DNA of 63,997 bases, filler included, from Ionaspis alba (Eukaryota), in NCBI GenBank assembly GCA_964255285.1. It is 8 parts of 8 records of this genome, joined end to end, with 100 filler letters (N's around TTAATTAATTAA, not from the genome) between each part and the next. Parts side by side here need not be neighbours in the genome. Positions count along the whole stretch, not along the records: positions 56,212 to 63,997 come from CAXUUL010000801.1; 7 more parts are not named here. The stretch is one strand, 5' to 3'. This document shows positions 62,765 through 63,997 of this stretch, in pieces. Made by a program: the position numbers and the translations under genes. Below the pieces are notes generated by a model. That model did no database searches, was not told the origin of the DNA, and worked only from the letters and a program-made list of their open reading frames with translations. How positions within the stretch are numbered: position 1 is the stretch's first letter; each line of letters opens with the position of its first letter.

Positions 62765-63997
62765 ATGGCGGACGTCAAATCTAAAGTACGTTGACTACAC
62801 CAGTCTTTGTGCACCCACGTCTGTAAAGAACCTTGGAAAGATAAGTTATAGCTAATTTGTGTTCGAATAGAACCTTTACGAGCTCCTCGGTATGCATTCG
62901 ACCTTATTCCACTACCTTTCTCACGACTGGTGTATATTGACTCATCCAAGGCAACGACCATGACGAGGACTCAGACAAGGAGCCAGAACCACCTACCAAG
63001 GTCGTCGACAAGCCAATTGGTCGCTCATCCAAGCGAAACGCTCCCGATGTCGCTCCCCACGCCGGGCGTGAGCAAACCTCGGGTGGTGATCGAGGTGGCC
63101 GAGGCGGACGTCGTGGCGGGTTCACTGGAAGCGAAGATGGTATGCAATCTCTACGAAGCATCCTCTGCACATTAGACATCCCTCGTGGGCATGGACCTCA
63201 GCTAACTTTGAGTTTCATAGCATTCCGTGACCGAGCCGCTGGCAGCACAACCAACCGTGGTAAGCCCACCGAAGACGGCCTCCGCGAAGATCGTCATTCA
63301 GACCGTCTAGGAGGCGGACGCATCCAAGGCACCTATGACGGGCGTGGTGGCCGTGGCGGCCGTGGCGGACGCGGTGGACGAAGCAATCGTGACGACAGAC
63401 ACAATCGGGGACTACCAAAGTGAGTTGCATATCGGCAAAAAACCTACCGCACTCCTTTATACTAACCCACTCTAGTGAACACCCCAAACAAGCCGACCAA
63501 TCCTGGGGCGCACCAACCGGCGGCTCCGAATGGGCGGACGAGCAAGCCGGCGAAGCCATCGCCAAAGACGAAGCCAAAGAAGGCTTCGACAGCACCGTCG
63601 ACCCTCCCATCGACGCCGACGGCAACCGCCCCACCGACGGACCCACGAACGGCGAAAATGCCACCAGCACCAGCGCTGCTCCAGCCCCCGAGCCCGAAGC
63701 CGAGCCGGAGGAGGTGCAAAAATCGTACGACGAGTTCCTCGCCGAGCAGGCGGAACAGCGCCTCAAACTCGGCAGCGGCGTGCTCGAAGCCCGGAAGCCG
63801 AACGAGGGCAGCAAGCAGGATAAGAAGTGGGCGCAGGCGAAGCCGCTGAGTAAAGACGACGAGGAGGATGCGTATATCGTCGGGAAGGAGAAGAAGGCGA
63901 AGGCGGAGAAGCAGAGGAAGGAGAAGATGATCGTGGATGTTGATATGCGGTATGTGGAGCCTAGCTTTGGTGGTGGGGGTCGAGGTGGGGAGCGTGG
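62765..63997 (+). CDS. STM1: Stm1/SERBP1-like ribosome-hibernation RNA-binding protein (3' end outside window)
   Basis: MADVKSK|NLYELL|GNDHDEDSDKEPEPPTKVVDK, RGG boxes, DDRHNRG, KQADQSWGA, KSYDEFLAE, RKPNEG. Confidence 0.92.

Overview
Intron-rich genomic DNA of a filamentous ascomycete (Pezizomycotina). The window is not one locus. It is eight ~7.9 kb scaffolds joined by an artificial 100-nt spacer (N44-TTAATTAATTAA-N44) and ordered by decreasing length, so adjacency across spacers has no biological meaning. Most genes are housekeeping: asparaginase-2, YSC84/LSB3, BET1, an ArfGAP, MsrB, FKBP12, HIS2, tRNA-Arg(CCT), DUF1774, a DHA1 MFS transporter, HIU hydrolase, LUC7, GPI16, CK2-beta, RIC1, a C2H2 factor, POM152, UCH37, an arrestin-fold protein, a bZIP factor and STM1. 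The most interesting items are: (1) an intronless secreted protein with the bacterial-type DAFRH...MDLxNNxxGR motifs (DUF6973/minimal-Wnt-like), next to a lone O-methyltransferase; (2) an intact HeLo-like-NACHT-ankyrin NLR; (3) a C2H2 factor that appears to start at CUG downstream of a uORF; (4) a 214-codon in-frame candidate alternative exon inside the 983-nt CK2-beta intron; (5) a duplicated 15-nt microexon in LUC7; (6) a weak GC-AG intron in the bZIP gene; (7) a hairpin-rich, Helitron-end-like patch upstream of the tRNA. All family calls come from motif recognition by eye, not from database searches.
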